A stretch of DNA of 64,000 bases, taken from Auanema rhodensis (Eukaryota > Animalia > Nematoda). The position numbers were made by a program, and so were the translations under genes. Below are positions 28,426-43,261 of this stretch, one piece after another. The notes beneath the pieces are model-generated. The model was not told where the DNA came from. It ran no database searches and saw only the letters and a list, made by a program, of their open reading frames with translations. How positions within the stretch are numbered: the stretch's first letter is position 1; each line of letters opens with the position of its first letter. Location: the NCBI GenBank assembly GCA_964057225.1, contig OZ059897.1, positions 11,160,001 through 11,224,000 of the forward strand, given 5' to 3'.

Positions 28426-28892
28426 TTGTTTCAAAGCGGAAGCTTGTCGAGCCCTTTTGAACTCACTCACAAAAGCTTAACAATTCGCAGTCATGATGTC
28501 TCTGAAATTTATAAAATCCATTACAAATATCAAAATATGAACAAATTGAAGATTAAAAAGTATATTGAATATTTTTAAAGGATTCTCAGTGTTGGAAACG
28601 CCAGAAATCTCTTCCGATTAAAAACATAAAATCTACCTCCACATTTCCAAAAATACATAGACATCTTTCACACGATTAAAATATCATTAAAAAAATCATT
28701 AACAATGAGATCCCTGCTACAAAATTGCCTATTCTTAGCAATAAAGTTCATCAGCAGTGCATATACCAATGTAATAACTGTTTATAATAATTTTCAATCT
28801 CAAAAACATTTTAAATTCATACTCTACTATGTTTACATTATCAGGTCAAAGTATAATGTAAAAGATGCTTTGTATTTATATTCAAATTCATA

Positions 28893-30097
28893 TTACTTAG
28901 GCATCTTTAGTGTTATGTGATCATTATAACACACATATTTTTCGTAACAAGTACAGTGTAAAAAATGAAACCTGTTATATTTCAAACTTTCTATCAGACT
29001 ATTAAAATCGTTGTTAATCTCTACGAAATATTTCACAAAGTTTCGACTTGGTTTACAGATAATAGAATGCTTCTTGAACAGCTCTTTTTGTTTGGAGATC
29101 GCTGCATTAGCTTCGTTGAAATCATGGGGTAGATTCCACAATTTAATGCACTTCTTTGCTACTTGAATCCGTAGCTCTTTGCTCGTCTTCCAGCTTCTGT
29201 ACCCGTTCAAATATTTGTGTGCCATTTCAGGATCGACACAACTCTTTATCTAAATTACAAAGATCATAATATAAAATGCTAACAATCATACTTGAAGATC
29301 AGCAATGCTCAGTTTCCCATGACCATCAATTCCATAATTCTTCGAGTGGAGATCCTTAAGAAACAGCACTCGCGGCAGCAAGTCCCTTTGAGCGTATACT
29401 TTGCTACTCACATGAATTCCTTCAGTTTCTGCTCGCCGAAAACTAGGAACTAGAACGTAATTGAATTATAAGAAACCAAAACTTTTTCGCAAGATTTACC
29501 TTCATCGGTTCAGATGTAAAGTGCTAAACTAGAATAGTGTTTGTGTGGAATAAAATGAACCTTAGGTCCGACTCCGATCAACTCAAACAACTTATAAACA
29601 AATATTTTACGAATATCTGCTTGTTGCCAATTCGCTAAACCTATATGTTCTTTAACGTAGTACTTTCCAATCAGAATTTCATTCCGCAATACTTGACAAA
29701 TGAGCCGGTTCTATAGACAATTTTGTACAATTATATTTTATATCAAATTTTACCAAAAACTCACCAGGATTCCACCTTCCTCTGATCCATTCCTTTCACA
29801 TCTGATGTCGAGGGCTGGGCATTCAGCGTTATCAGCAAAGAAATTTGAGAAATAATACTCTGCGGCTATTTCAATGTATTCGAAATTTTTTTCCATGTAG
29901 CGAGAGAAATTTGCATTGAATTGGCAATGAATTTCATCAAATTGATGGTAGGTAACCAGGAATTTAGCTTTCATCATTGGCATTAGGTGGTTCAAGGCTT
30001 GATCAACTGCTTGTTCAATTTGGGTCATTTGTTTCAAAGCGGAAGCTTGTCGAGCCCTTTTGAACTTACTCACAAAAGCTTAACAATTCGCAGTCAT
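28893..30097 (-). pseudogene. Kinase-like copy k4 (exon-2 nonsense)
   Basis: GGA>TGA near the end of exon 2 (plus strand GGTTCAGATG, ~29510). The natural stop is also changed to TAT. Confidence 0.7.
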
Positions 30098-30579
30098 GAT
30101 GTCTCTGAAATTTATAAAATCCATTACAAATATCAAAATATGAACAAATTGAAGATTAAAAAGTATATTGAATATTTTTAAAGGATTCTCAGTGTTGGAA
30201 ACGCCAGAAATCTCTTCCGATTAAAAACATAAAATCTTCCTCCACATTTCCAAAAATACATAGACCTCTTTCACACGATTAAAATATCATTTAAAAAATC
30301 ATTAACAATGAGATCCCTGCATCAAAATTGCCTATTCTTAGCAATAAAGTTTATCAGCAGTGCATATACCAATGTAATAACTGTTTATAATAATTTTCAA
30401 TCTCAAAAACATTTTAAATTCATACTCTACTATGTTTACATTATCAGGTCAAAGTATAATGTAAAAGATGCTTTATATTTATATTTAAATTCATATTACT
30501 TAGGCATCTTTAGTCTTATGTGATCATTATAACACAGATATTTTTCGTGACAAATACAGTGTAAAAAATGAAACCTGTT

Positions 30580-31701
30580 TTATTTCAAACTTTCTATCAG
30601 ACTATTAAAATCGTTGTTAATTTCTACGAAATATTTCACAAAGTTTCGACTTGGTTTACAGATAATAGAATGCTTCTTGAACAGCTCTTTTTGTTTGGAG
30701 ATCGCTGCATTAGCTTCGTTGAAATCATGGGGTAGATTCCACAATTTAATGCACTTCTTTGCTACTTGAATCCGTAGCTCTTTGCTCCTCTTCCAGCTTT
30801 TGTACCCGTTCAAATATTTCTGTGCCATTTCCGGATCGACACAACTCTTTATCTAAATTACAAAGATCATAATATAAAATGCTTACAATCATACTTGAAG
30901 ATCAGCAATGCTCAGTTTCCCATGACCATCAATTCCATAATTGTTCGAGTGGAGATCCTTAGGAAACAGCACTCGCCGCAGCAAGTCCCTTTGAGCGTAT
31001 ACTTTGCTACTCACATGAATTCCTTCAGTTTCTGCTCGCCGAAAACTAGGAACTAGAACGTAATTGAATTATATGAAACCAAAACTTTTTCGCAAGATTT
31101 ACCTTCATCGGTTCCGATGTAAAGTGCTAAACTAGAATAGTGTTTGTGTGGAATAAAATGAACCTTAGGTCCGACTCCGATCAACTCAAACAACTTATAA
31201 ACAAATATTTTACGAATATCTGCTTGTTGCCAATTTGCTAAACCTATATGTTCTTTAACGTAGTACTTTCCAATCAGAATTTCATTCCGCAATACTTGAC
31301 AAATGAGCCGGCCATATAGACAATTTTGTACAATTATATTTTATATCAAATTTTACCAAAAACATACCAGGATTCCACCTTCCTCTGATCCATTCCTTTC
31401 ACATCTGATGTCGAGGGCTGGGCATTCAGCGTTATCAGCAAAGAAATTTGAGAAATAATACTCTGCGGCTATTTCAATGTTTTCGAAATTTGTTTTCCGT
31501 GTAGCGAGAGAAATTTGCATTGAATTGGCAATAAATTTCATCAAATTGATGGTAGGTGACCAGGAATTTAGCTTTCATCAGTGGCATTAGGTGGTTCAAG
31601 GCTTGATCAACTGCTTGTTCAATTTGGGTCATTTGTTTCAGTGCGGAAGCTTGTCAAGCCCTTTTGAACTTACTCACACAAGCTTAACAATTTGCAGTCA
31701 T
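30580..31701 (-). pseudogene. Kinase-like copy k5 (frameshift, intron-1 acceptor lost)
   Basis: +1 in the exon-1 T-run (~31490), and the intron-1 acceptor AG is changed to AT at ~31314. Confidence 0.7.
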
Positions 31702-31941
31702 GATGTCTCTGAAAATAATAAAATCCATTACAAATATTAAAACATAGATAAAATGAAGATTAAAAAGTATATTGAATATTTTTAAAAGATTCTCAGTGTT
31801 GGAAACGCCAGAAATCTTTTTCGATTGAAAACATAAAATCTTCCTCCACATTTCCAAAAATACATAGACATCTTTCACACGATTAAAATATCATTAAAAA
31901 AATCATTAACAATGATTTCCCTGCTACAAAATTGCCTATTC

Positions 31942-33110
31942 TTAGCAATAAAGTTCATCAGCAGTGCATATACCAAGGTAATGACTGTTTATAATAATTT
32001 TCAATCTCAAAAACACATATTTTTCGTAACAAATACAGTGTAAAAAATGAAACCTGTTATATTTCAAACTTTCTATCAGACTATTAAAATCGTTGTTAAT
32101 TTCTACGAAATATTTCACAAAGTTTCGACTTGGTTTACAGATAATAGAATGCTTCTTGAACAGCTCTTTTTGTTTGGAGATCGCTGCATTAGCTTCGTTG
32201 AAATCATGGGGTAGATTCCACAATTTAATGCACTTCTTTGCTACTTGAATCCGTAGCTCTTTGCTCCTCTTCCAGCTTCTGTACCCGTTCAAATATTTCT
32301 GTGCCATTTCCGGATCGACACAACTTTTTATCTAAATTACAAAGATCATAATATAAAATGCTTACAATCATACTTGAAGATCAGCAATGCTCAGTTTCCC
32401 ATGACCATCAATTCCATAATTGTTCGAGTGGAGATCCTTAGGAAACAGCACTCGCCGCAGCAAGTCCCTTTGAGCGTATACTTTGCTACTCACATGAATT
32501 CCTTCAGTTTCTGCTCGCCGAAAACTAGGAACTAGAACGTAATTGAATTATATGAAACCAAAACTTTTTCGCAAGATTTACCTTCATCGGTTCCGATGTA
32601 AAGTGCTAAACTAGAATAGTGTTTGTGTGGAATAAAATGAACCTTAGGTCCGACTCCGATCAACTCAAACAACTTATAAACAAATATTTTACGAATATCT
32701 GCTTGTTGCCAATTTGCTAAACCTATATGTTCTTTAACGTAGTACTTTCCAATCAAAATTTCATTCCGCAATACTTGACAAATGAGCCGGCCCTATAGAC
32801 AATTTTGTACAATTATATTTTATATCAAATTTTACCAAAAACATACCAGGATTCCACCTTCCTCTGATCCATTCCTTTCACATCTGATGTCGAGGGCTGG
32901 GCATTCAGCGTTATCAGCAAAGAAATTTGAGAAATAATACTCTGCGGCTATTTCAATGTATTCGAAATTTTTTTCCATGTAGCGAGAGAAATTTGCATTG
33001 AATTGGCAATGAATTTCATCAAATTGATGGTAGGTAACCAGGAATTTAGCTTTCATCAGTGGCATTAGGTGGTTCAAGGCTTGATCAACTGCTTGTTCAA
33101 TTTGGGTCAT
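31942..33110 (-). CDS. Kinase-like copy k6, open from internal Met, stop lost and C-terminus extended across a 125-bp deletion
   Basis: Exons appear open (catalytic loop DLHSNN). TAA>TAT read-through continues to 31942. Confidence 0.45.
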
Positions 33111-33522
33111 TTGTTTCAATGCGGAAGCTTGTCAAGCCCTTTTGAACTTACTCACACAAGCTTAACAATTTGCAGTCATGATGTCTCTGAAAATAATAAA
33201 ATCCATTACAAATATTAAAACATAGATAAAATGAAGATTAAAAAGTATATTGAATATTTTTAAAAGATTCTCAGTGTTGGAAACGCCAGAAATCTTTTTC
33301 GATTGAAAACATAAAATCTTCCTCCACATTTCCAAAAATACATAGACATCTTTCACACGATTAAAATATCATTAAAAAAATCATTAACAATGAGATCCCT
33401 GCATCAAAATTGCCTATTCTTAGCAATAAAGTTCATCAGCAGTGCATATGCCAAGGTAATAACTGTTTATAATAATTTTCAATCTCAAAAACATTTTAAA
33501 CTCATACTCTAATATATCGACA

Positions 33523-33628
33523 ATATCAGGTCAAAGTATAATGTAAAAGACGCTTTATATTTATATTTAAATTCATATTACTTAGGCATCTTTAGTGTTA
33601 TGTGATCATAATAACACACATATTTTTC
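33523..33628 (-). other. ~106-bp satellite-homologous box in the intergenic part of the 1.6-kb unit (example; also 24029-24134 and every unit except the deleted one)
   Basis: Ungapped manual alignment to 22833-22938 gives about 91/106 identical positions. Confidence 0.92.
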
Positions 33629-33661
33629 GTAACAAATACAGTGTAAAAAATGAAACCTGTT

Positions 33662-34782
33662 ATATTTCAAACTTTCTATCAGACTATTAAAATCGTTGTT
33701 AATTTCTACGAAATATTTCACAAAGTTTCGACTTGGTTTACAGATAATAGAATGCTTCTTGAACAGCTCTTTTTGTTTGGAGATCGCTGCATTAGCTTCG
33801 TTGAAATCATGGGGTAGATTTCACAATTTAATGCACTTCTTTGCTACTTGAATCCGTAGCTCTTTGCTCGTCTTCCAGCTTCTGTACCCGTTCAAATATT
33901 TGTGTGCCATTTCAGGATCGACACAACTCTTTATCTAAATTACAAAGATCATAATATAAAATGCTAACAATCATACTTGAAGATCAGCAATGCTCAGTTT
34001 CCCATGACCATCAATTCCATAATTCTTCGAGTGGAGATCCTTAAGAAACAGCACTCGCCGCAGCAAGTCCCTTTGAGCGTATACTTTGCTACTCACATGA
34101 TATCCTTCAGTTTCTGCTCGCCGAAAACTAGGAACTAGAACGTAATTGAATTATAAGAAACCAAAACTTTTTTGCAAGATTTACCTTCATCGGTTCAGAT
34201 GTAAAGTGCTAAACTAGAATAGTGTTTGTGTGGAATAAAATAAACCTTAGGTCCGACTCCGATCAACTCAAACAACTTATAAACAAATATTTTACGAATA
34301 TCTGCTTGTTGCCAAATTGCTAAACCTATATGTTCTTTAACGTAGTACTTTCCAATCAGAATTTCATTCCGCAATACTTGACAAATGAGCCGGCCCTATA
34401 GACAATTTTGTACAATTATATTTTATATCAAATTTTACCAAAAACTTACCAGGATTCCACCTTCCTCTGATCCATTCCTTTCACATCTGATGTCGAGGGC
34501 TGGGCATTCAGCGTTATCAGCAAAGAAATTTGAGAAATAATACTCTGCGGCTATTTCAATGTATTCGAAATTTTTTTCCATGTAGCGAGAGAAATTTGCA
34601 TTGAATTGGCAATGAATTTCATCAAATGGATGGTAGGTAACCAGGAATTTAGCTTTCATCATTGGCATTAGGTGGTTCAAGGCTTGATCAACTGCTTGTT
34701 CAATTTGGGTCATTTGTTTCAAAGCGGAAGCTTGTCGAGCCCTTTTGAACTTACTCACAAAAGCTTAACAATTCGCAGTCAT
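33662..34782 (-). pseudogene. Kinase-like copy k7 (two nonsense codons)
   Basis: GGA>TGA in exon 2 (~34196) and TGG>TGA in exon 4 (~33821). Confidence 0.7.
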
Positions 34783-35264
34783 GATGTCTCTGAAATTTAT
34801 AAAATCCATTACAAATATCAAAATATGAACAAATTGAAGATTAAAAAGTATATTGTATATTTTTAAAGGATTCTCAGTGTTGGAAACGCCAGAAATCTCT
34901 TCCGATTAAAAACATAAAATCTTCCTCCACATTTCCAAAAATACATAGACATCTTTCACACGATTAAAATATCATTAAAAAAATCATTAACAATGAGATC
35001 CCTGCATCAAAATTGCCTATTCTTAGCAATAAAGTTCATCAGCAGTGCATATACCAATGTAATAACTGTTTATAATAATTTTCAATCTCAAAAACATTTT
35101 AAATTCATACTCTACTATGTTTACATTATCAGGTCAAAGTATAATGTAAAAGATGCTTTATATTTATATTTAAATTCATATTACTTAGGCATTTTTAGTT
35201 TTATGTGATCATTATAACACAGATATTTTTCGTGACAAATACAGTGTAAAAAATGAAACCTGTT

Positions 35265-36385
35265 TTATTTCAAACTTTCTATCAGACTATTAAAATCGTT
35301 GTTAATTTCTACGAAATATTTCACAAAGTTTCGACTTGGTTTACAGATAATAGAATGCTTCTTGAACAGCTCTTTTTGTTTGGAGATCGCTGCATTAGCT
35401 TCGTTGAAATCATGGGGTAGATTCCACAATTTAATGCACTTCTTTGCTACTTGAATCCGTAGCTCTTTGCTCGTCTTCCAGCTTCTGTACCCGTTCAAAT
35501 ATTTGTGTGCCATTTCAGGATCGACACAACTCTTTATCTAAATTACAAAGATCATAATATAAAATGCTAACAATCATACTTGAAGATCAGCAATGCTCAG
35601 TTTCCCATGACCATCAATTCCATAATTCTTCGAGTGGAGATCCTTAAGAAACAGCACTCGCCGCAGCAAGTCCCTTTGAGCGTATACTTTGCTACTCACA
35701 TGAATTCCTTCAGTTTCTGCTCGCCAAAAACTAGGAACTAGAACGTAATTGAATTATAAGAAACCAAAACTTTTTCGCAAGATTTACCTTCATCGGTTCA
35801 GATGTAAAGTGCTAAACTAGAATAGTGTTTGTGTGGAATAAAATGAACCTTAGGTCCGACTCCGATCAACTCAAACAACTTATAAACAAATATTTTACGA
35901 ATATCTGCTTGTTGCCAATTTGCTAAACCTATATGTTCTTTAACGTAGTACTTTCCAATCAGAATTTCATTCCGCAATACTTGACAAATGAGCCGGCCAT
36001 ATAGACAATTTTGTACAATTATATTTTATATCAAATTTTACCAAAAACATACCAGGATTCCACCTTCCTCTGATCCATTCCTTTCACATCTGATGTCGAG
36101 GGCTGGGCATTCAGCGTTATCAGCAAAGAAATTTGAGAAATAATACTCTGCGGCTATTTCAATGTATTCGAAATTTTTTTCCATGTAGCGAGAGAAATTT
36201 GCATTGAACTGGCAATAAATTTCATCAAATTGATGATAGGTGACCAGGAATTTAGCTTTCGTCAGTGGCATTAGGTGGTTCAAGGCTTGATCAACTGCTT
36301 GTTCAATTTGGGTCATTTGTTTCAATGCGGAAGCTTGTCGAGCCCTTTTGAACTTACTCACACAAGCTTAACAATTTGCAGTCAT
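35265..36385 (-). pseudogene. Kinase-like copy k8
   Basis: Exon-2 GGA>TGA (~35799) and intron-1 acceptor AG>AT (~35999). Confidence 0.7.
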
Positions 36386-36867
36386 GATGTCTCTGAAATT
36401 TATAAAATCCATTACAAATATCAAAATATGAACAAATTGAAGATTAAAAAGTATATTGAATATTTTTAAAGGATTCTCAGTGTTGGAAACGCCAGAAATC
36501 TCTTCCGATTAAAAACATAAAATCTTCCTCCACATTTCCAAAAATACATAGACATCTTTCACACGATTAAAATATCATTAAAAAAATCATTAACAATGAG
36601 ATCCCTGCATCAAAATTGCCTATTCTTAGCAATAAAGTTCATCAGCAGTGCATATACCAATGTAATAACTGTTTATAATAATTTTCAATCTCAAAAACAT
36701 TTTAAATTCATACTCTACTATGTTTACATTATCAGGTCAAAGTATAATGTAAAAGATGCTTTATATTTATATTTAAATTCATATTACTTAGGCATTTTTA
36801 GTTTTATGTGATCATTATAACACAGATATTTTTCGTGACAAATACAGTGTAAAAAATGAAACCTGTT

Positions 36868-37988
36868 TTATTTCAAACTTTCTATCAGACTATTAAAATC
36901 GTTGTTAATTTCTACGAAATATTTCACAAAGTTTCGACTTGGTTTACAGATAATAGAATGCTTCTTGAACAGCTCTTTTTGTTTGGAGATCGCTGCATTA
37001 GCTTCGTTGAAATCATGGGGTAGATTCCACAATTTAATGCACTTCTTTGCTACTTGAATCCGTAGCTCTTTGCTCGTCTTCCAGCTTCTGTACCCGTTCA
37101 AATATTTGTGTGCCATTTCAGGATCGACACAACTCTTTATCTAAATTACAAAGATCATAATATAAAATGCTAACAATCATACTTGAAGATCAGCAATGCT
37201 CAGTTTCCCATGACCATCAATTCCATAATTCTTCGAGTGGAGATCCTTAAGAAACAGCACTCGCCGCAGCAAGTCCCTTTGAGCGTATACTTTGCTACTC
37301 ACATGAATTCCTTCAGTTTCTGCTCGCCAAAAACTAGGAACTAGAACGTAATTGAATTATAAGAAACCAAAACTTTTTCGCAAGATTTACCTTCATCGGT
37401 TCAGATGTAAAGTGCTAAACTAGAATAGTGTTTGTGTGGAATAAAATGAACCTTAGGTCCGACTCCGATCAACTCAAACAACTTATAAACAAATATTTTA
37501 CGAATATCTGCTTGTTGCCAATTTGCTAAACCTATATGTTCTTTAACGTAGTACTTTCCAATCAGAATTTCATTCCGCAATACTTGACAAATGAGCCCGC
37601 CCTATAGACAATATTGTACAATTATATTTTATATCAAATTTAACCAAAAACTTACCAGGATTCCACCTTCCTCTGATCCATCCCTTCCACATCTGAAGTC
37701 GAGGGCTGGGCATTCAGCGTTATCAGCAAAGAAATTTGAGAAATAATACTCTGCGGCTATTTCAATGTATTCGAAATTTTTTTCCATGTAGCGAGAGAAA
37801 TTTGCTTTGAATTGGCAATGAATTTCATCAAATTGATGGTAGGTAACCAGGAATTTAGCTTTCATCAGTGGCATTAGGTGGTTCAAGGCTTGATCAACTG
37901 CTTGTTCAATTTGGGTCATTTGTTTCAAAGCGGAAGCTTGTCGAGCCCTTTTGAACTTACTCACAGAAGCTTAACAATTCGCAGTCAT
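36868..37988 (-). pseudogene. Kinase-like copy k9
   Basis: Exon-2 GGA>TGA (~37402). Confidence 0.7.
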
Positions 37989-38470
37989 GATGTCTCTGAA
38001 ATTTATAAAATCCATTACAAATATCAAAATATGAACAAATTGAAGATTAAAAAGTATATTGAATATTTTTAAAGGATTCTCAGTGTTGGAAACGCCAGAA
38101 ATCTCTTCCGATTAAAAACATAAAATCTTCCTCCACATTTTCAAAAATACATAGACATCTTTCACACGATTAAAGTATCATTAAAAAAATCATTAACAAT
38201 GAGATCCCTGCATCAAAATTACCTATTCTTAGCAATAAAGTGCATCAGCAGTGCATATACCAATGTTATAACTGTTTATAATAATTTTCAATCTCAAAAA
38301 CATTTTAAATTCATACTCTTATATATCGGCAATATCTGGTTAAAGTATAATGTAAAAGACGCTTTATATTTATATTTAAATTCATATTACTTAGGCATCT
38401 TTAGTGTTACGTGATCATTATAACACAGATATTTTTCGTGACAAATACAGTGTAAAAAATGAAACCTGTT

Positions 38471-39591
38471 TTATTTCAAACTTTCTATCAGACTATTAAA
38501 ATCGTTGTTAATTTCTACGAAATATTTCACAAAGTTTCGACTTGGTTTACAGAAAATAGAATGCTTCTTGAACAGCTCTTTTTGTTTGGAGATCGCTGCA
38601 TTAGCTTCGTTGAAATCATGGGGTAGATTCCACAATTTAATGCACTTCTTCGCTACTTGAATCCGTAGCTCTTTGCTCGTCTTCCAGCTTCTGTACCCGG
38701 TCAAATATTTGTGTGCCATTTCAGGATCGACACAACTCTTTATCTAAATTACAAAGATCATAATATAAAATGCTAACAATCATACTTAAAGATCAGCAAT
38801 GCTCAGTTTCCCATGACCATCAATTCCATAATTCTTCGAGTGGAGATCCTTAAGAAACAGCACTCGCCGCAGCAAGTCCCTTTGAGCGTATACTTTGCTA
38901 CTCACATGAATTCCTTCAGTTTCTGCTCGCCAAAAACTAGAAACTAGAACGTAATTGAATTATTAGAAACCAAAACTTTTTCGCAAGATTTACCTTCATC
39001 GGTTCAGATGTAAAGTGCTAAACTAGAATAGTGTTTGTGTGGAATAAAATGAACCTTAGGTCCGACTCCGATCAACTCAAACAACTTATAAACAAATATT
39101 TTACGAATATCTGCTTGTTGCCAATTTGCTAAACCTATATGTTCTTTAACGTAGTACTTTCCAATCAGAATTTCATTCCGCAATACTTGACAAATGAGCC
39201 GGCCCTATAGACAATTTTGTACAATTATATTTTATATCAAATTTTACCAAAAACTTACCAGGATTCCACCTTCCTCTGATCCATTCCTTTCACATCTGAT
39301 GTCGAGGGCTGGGCATTCAGCGTTATCAGCAAAGAAATTTGAGAAATAATACTCTGCGGCTATTTCAATGTATTCGAAATTTTTTTCCATGTAGCGAGAG
39401 AAATTTGCATTGAATTGGCAATGAATTTTATCAAATTGATGGCAGGTAACCAGGAATTTAGCTTTCATCAGTGGCATTAGGTGGTTCAAGGGTTGATCAA
39501 CTGCTTGTTCAATTTGGGTCATTTGTTTCAAAGCGGAAGCTTGTCGAGCCCTTTTGAACTTACTCACAAAAGCTTAACAATTCGCAGTCAT
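38471..39591 (-). pseudogene. Kinase-like copy k10
   Basis: Exon-2 GGA>TGA (~39005) and CAA>TAA at the end of exon 3 (~38788). Confidence 0.7.
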
Positions 39592-40002
39592 GATGTCTCT
39601 GAAATTTATAAAATCCATTACAAATATCAAAATATGAACAAATTGAAGATTAAAAAGTATATTGAATATTTTTAAAGGATTCTCAGTGTTGGAAACGCCA
39701 GAAATCTCTTCCGATTAAAAACATAAAATCTTCCTCCACATTTCCAAAAATACATAGACATCTTTCACACAATTAAAATATCATAAAAAAATCATTAACA
39801 ATGAGATCCCTGCATCAAAATTGCCTATTCTTAGCAATAAAGTTTATCAGCAGTGCATATACCAATGTTATAACTGTTTATAATAATTTTCAATCTCAAA
39901 AACATTTTAAATTCATACTCTACTATGTTTACATTATCAGGTCAAAGTATAATGTAAAAGACGCTTTGTATTTATATTCAAATTCATATTACTTAGGCAT
40001 CT

Positions 40003-41123
40003 TTAGTGTTTGTAATCATTATAACACACATATTTTTCGTAACAAATACAGTGTAAAAAATGAAACCTGTTATATTTCAAACTTTCTATCAGACTATTAA
40101 GATCGTTTTTAATTTCTACAGAATATCTCTCAAAGTTTCGACTTGGTTTACAGATGATAGAATGCTTCTTGAACAGCTCTTTTTGTTTGGAGATCGCTTC
40201 ATTAGCTTCGTTGAAATCATGGGGTAGATTCCACAATTTAATGCACTTCTTTGCTACTTGAATCCGTAGCTCTTTGCTCGTCTTCCAGCTTCTGTACCCG
40301 TTCAAATATTTGTGTGCCATTTCAGGATCGACACAACTCTTTATCTAAAATACAAAGATCATAATATAAAATGCTTACAATCATACTTGAAGATCAGCAA
40401 TGCTCAGTTTCCCATGACCATCAATTCCATAATTCTTCGAGTGGAGATCCTTAAGAAACAGCACTCGCCGCAGCAAGTCCCTTTGAGCGTATACTTTGCT
40501 AATCACATGAATTCCTTCAGTTTCTGCTCGCCGAAAACTAGGAACTAGAACGTAATTGAATTATAAGAAACCAAAACTTTTTCGCAAGATTTACCTTCAT
40601 CGGTTCCGATGTAAAGTGCTAAACTAGAATAGTGTTTGTGTGGAATAAAATGAACCTTAGGTCCGACTCCGATCAACTCAAACAACTTATAAACAAATAT
40701 TTTACGAATATCTGCTTGTTGCCAATTTGCTAAACCTATATGTTCTTTAACGTAGTACTTTCCAATCAGAATTTCATTCCGCAATACTTGACAAATGAGC
40801 CCGCACTAAAAACAATATTGTACAATTATATTTTATATCAAATTTTATCGAAAACTTACCAGGATTCCACCTTCCTCTGATCCATTCCTTTCACATCTGT
40901 TGTCGAGGGCTGGGCATTCAGCGTTATCAGCAAAGAAATTTGAGAAATAATACTCTGCGGCTATTTCAATGTATTCGAAATTTTTTTCCATGTAGCGAGA
41001 GAAATTTGCATTGAACTGGCAATAAATTTCATCAAATTGATGATAGGTGACCAGGAATTTAGCTTTGATCAGTAGCATTAGGTGGTTCAAGGCTTGATCA
41101 ACTGCTTGTTCAATTTGGGTCAT
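40003..41123 (-). CDS. Kinase-like copy k11, open from internal Met, 23-aa C-terminal read-through
   Basis: Exons appear open. The natural stop is TAA>TAT. Confidence 0.5.
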
Positions 41124-41674
41124 TTGTTTCAATGCGGAAGCTTGTCGAGCCCTTTTGAACTTACTCACAAAAGATTAACAATTCGCAGTCATGATGTCTC
41201 TGAAATTTATAAAATCCATTACAAATATCAAAATATGAACAAATTGAAGATTAAAAAGTATATTGAATATTTTTGAAGGATTCTCAGTGTTGGAAACGCC
41301 AGAAATCTCTTCCGATTAAAAACATAAAATCTTCCTCCACATTTCCAAAAATACATAGACATCTTTCACACGATTAAAATATCATTAAAAAAATCATTAA
41401 CAATGAGATCCCTGCATCAAAATTGCCTATTCTTAGCAATAAAGTTCATCAGCAGTGCATATACCAATGTAATAACTGTTTATAATAATTTTCAATCTCA
41501 AAAACATTTTAAATTCATACTCTAATATATCGGCAATATCTGGTCAAAGTATAATGTAAAAGACGCTTTATATTTATATTTAAATTCATATTACTTAGGC
41601 ATCTTTAGTGTTACGTGATCATTATAACACAGATATTTTTCGTGACAAATACAGTGTAAAAAATGAAACCTGTT

Positions 41675-42726
41675 TTATTTCAAACTTTCTATCAGACTAT
41701 TAAAATCGTTGTTAATTTCTACGAAATATTTCACAAAGTTTCGACTTGGTTTACAGATAATAGAATGCTTCTTGAACAGCTCTTTTTGTTTGGAGATCGC
41801 TGCATTAGCTTCGTTGAAATCATGGGGTAGATTCCACAATTTAATGCACTTCTTCGCTACTTGAATCCGTAGCTCTTTGCTCGTCTTCCAGCTTCTGTAC
41901 CCGGTCAAATATTTGTGTGCCATTTCAGGATCGACACAACTCTTTATCTAAATTACAAAGATCATAATAAAGAATGCTAACAATCATACTTGAAGATCAG
42001 CAATGCTCAGTTTCCCATGACCATCAATTCCATAAATCTTCGAGTGGAGATCCTTAAGAAACAGCACTCGCCGCAGCAAGTCCCTTTGAGCGTATACTTT
42101 GCTACTCACATGAATTCCTTCAGTTTCTGCTCGCCGAAAACTAGGAACTAGAACGTAATTGAATTATAAGAAACCAAAACTTTTTCGTAAGATTTACCTT
42201 CATCGGTTCCGATGTAAAGTGCTAAACTAGAATAGTGTTTGTGTGGAATAAAATGAACCTTAGGTCCGACTCCGATCAACTCAAACAACTTATAAACAAA
42301 TATTTTACGAATATCTGCTTGTTGCCAATTTGCTAAACCTATATGTTCTTTAACGTAGTACTTTCCAATCAGAATTTCATTCCGCAATACTTGACAAATG
42401 AGCCCGCCCTATAGACAATATTGTACAATTATATTTTATATCAAATTTTACCAAAAACTTACCAGGATTCCACCTTCCTCTGATCCATTCCTTTCACATC
42501 TGATGTCGAGGGCTGGGCATTCAGCGTTATCAGCAAAGAAATTTGAGAAATAATACTCTGCGGCTATTTCAATGTATTCGAAATTTTTTTCCATGTAGCG
42601 AGAGAAATTTGCATTGAACTGGCAATAAATTTCATCAAATTGATGATAGGTGACCAGGAATTTAGCTTTGATCAGTGGCATTAGGTGGTTCAAGGCTTGA
42701 TCAACTGCTTGTTCAATTTGGGTCAT
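41675..42726 (-). CDS. Kinase-like copy k12, open from internal Met but catalytic-loop Asn>Ile (DLHSKI)
   Basis: Plus strand reads CATAAATCTT at 42031-42040 instead of CATAATTCTT. Confidence 0.45.
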
Positions 42727-43261
42727 TTGTTTCAATGCGGAAGCTTGTCGAGCCCTTTTGAACTTACTCACAAAAGCTTAACAATTCGCAGTCATGATGT
42801 CTCTGAAATTTATAAAATCCATTACAAATATCAAAATATGAACAAATTGAAGATTAAAAAGTATATTGAATATTTTTAAAGGATTCTCAGTGTTGGAAAC
42901 GCCAGAAATCTCTTCCGATTAAAAACATAAAATCTTCCTCCACATTTCCAAAAATACATAGACATCTTTCACACGATTAAAATATCATTAAAAAAATCAT
43001 TAACAATGAGATCCCTGCATCAAAATTGCCTATTCTTAGCAATAAAGTTCATCAGCAGTGCATATACCAATGTAATAACTATTTATAATAATTTTCAATC
43101 TCAAAAACATTTTAAATTCATACTCTTATATATCGGCAATATCTGGTCAAAGTATAATGTAAAAGACGCTTTATATTTATAATTAAATTCATATTACTTA
43201 GGCATCTTTAGTGATACAGATATTTTTCGTGACAAATACAGTGTAAAAAATGAAACCTGTT

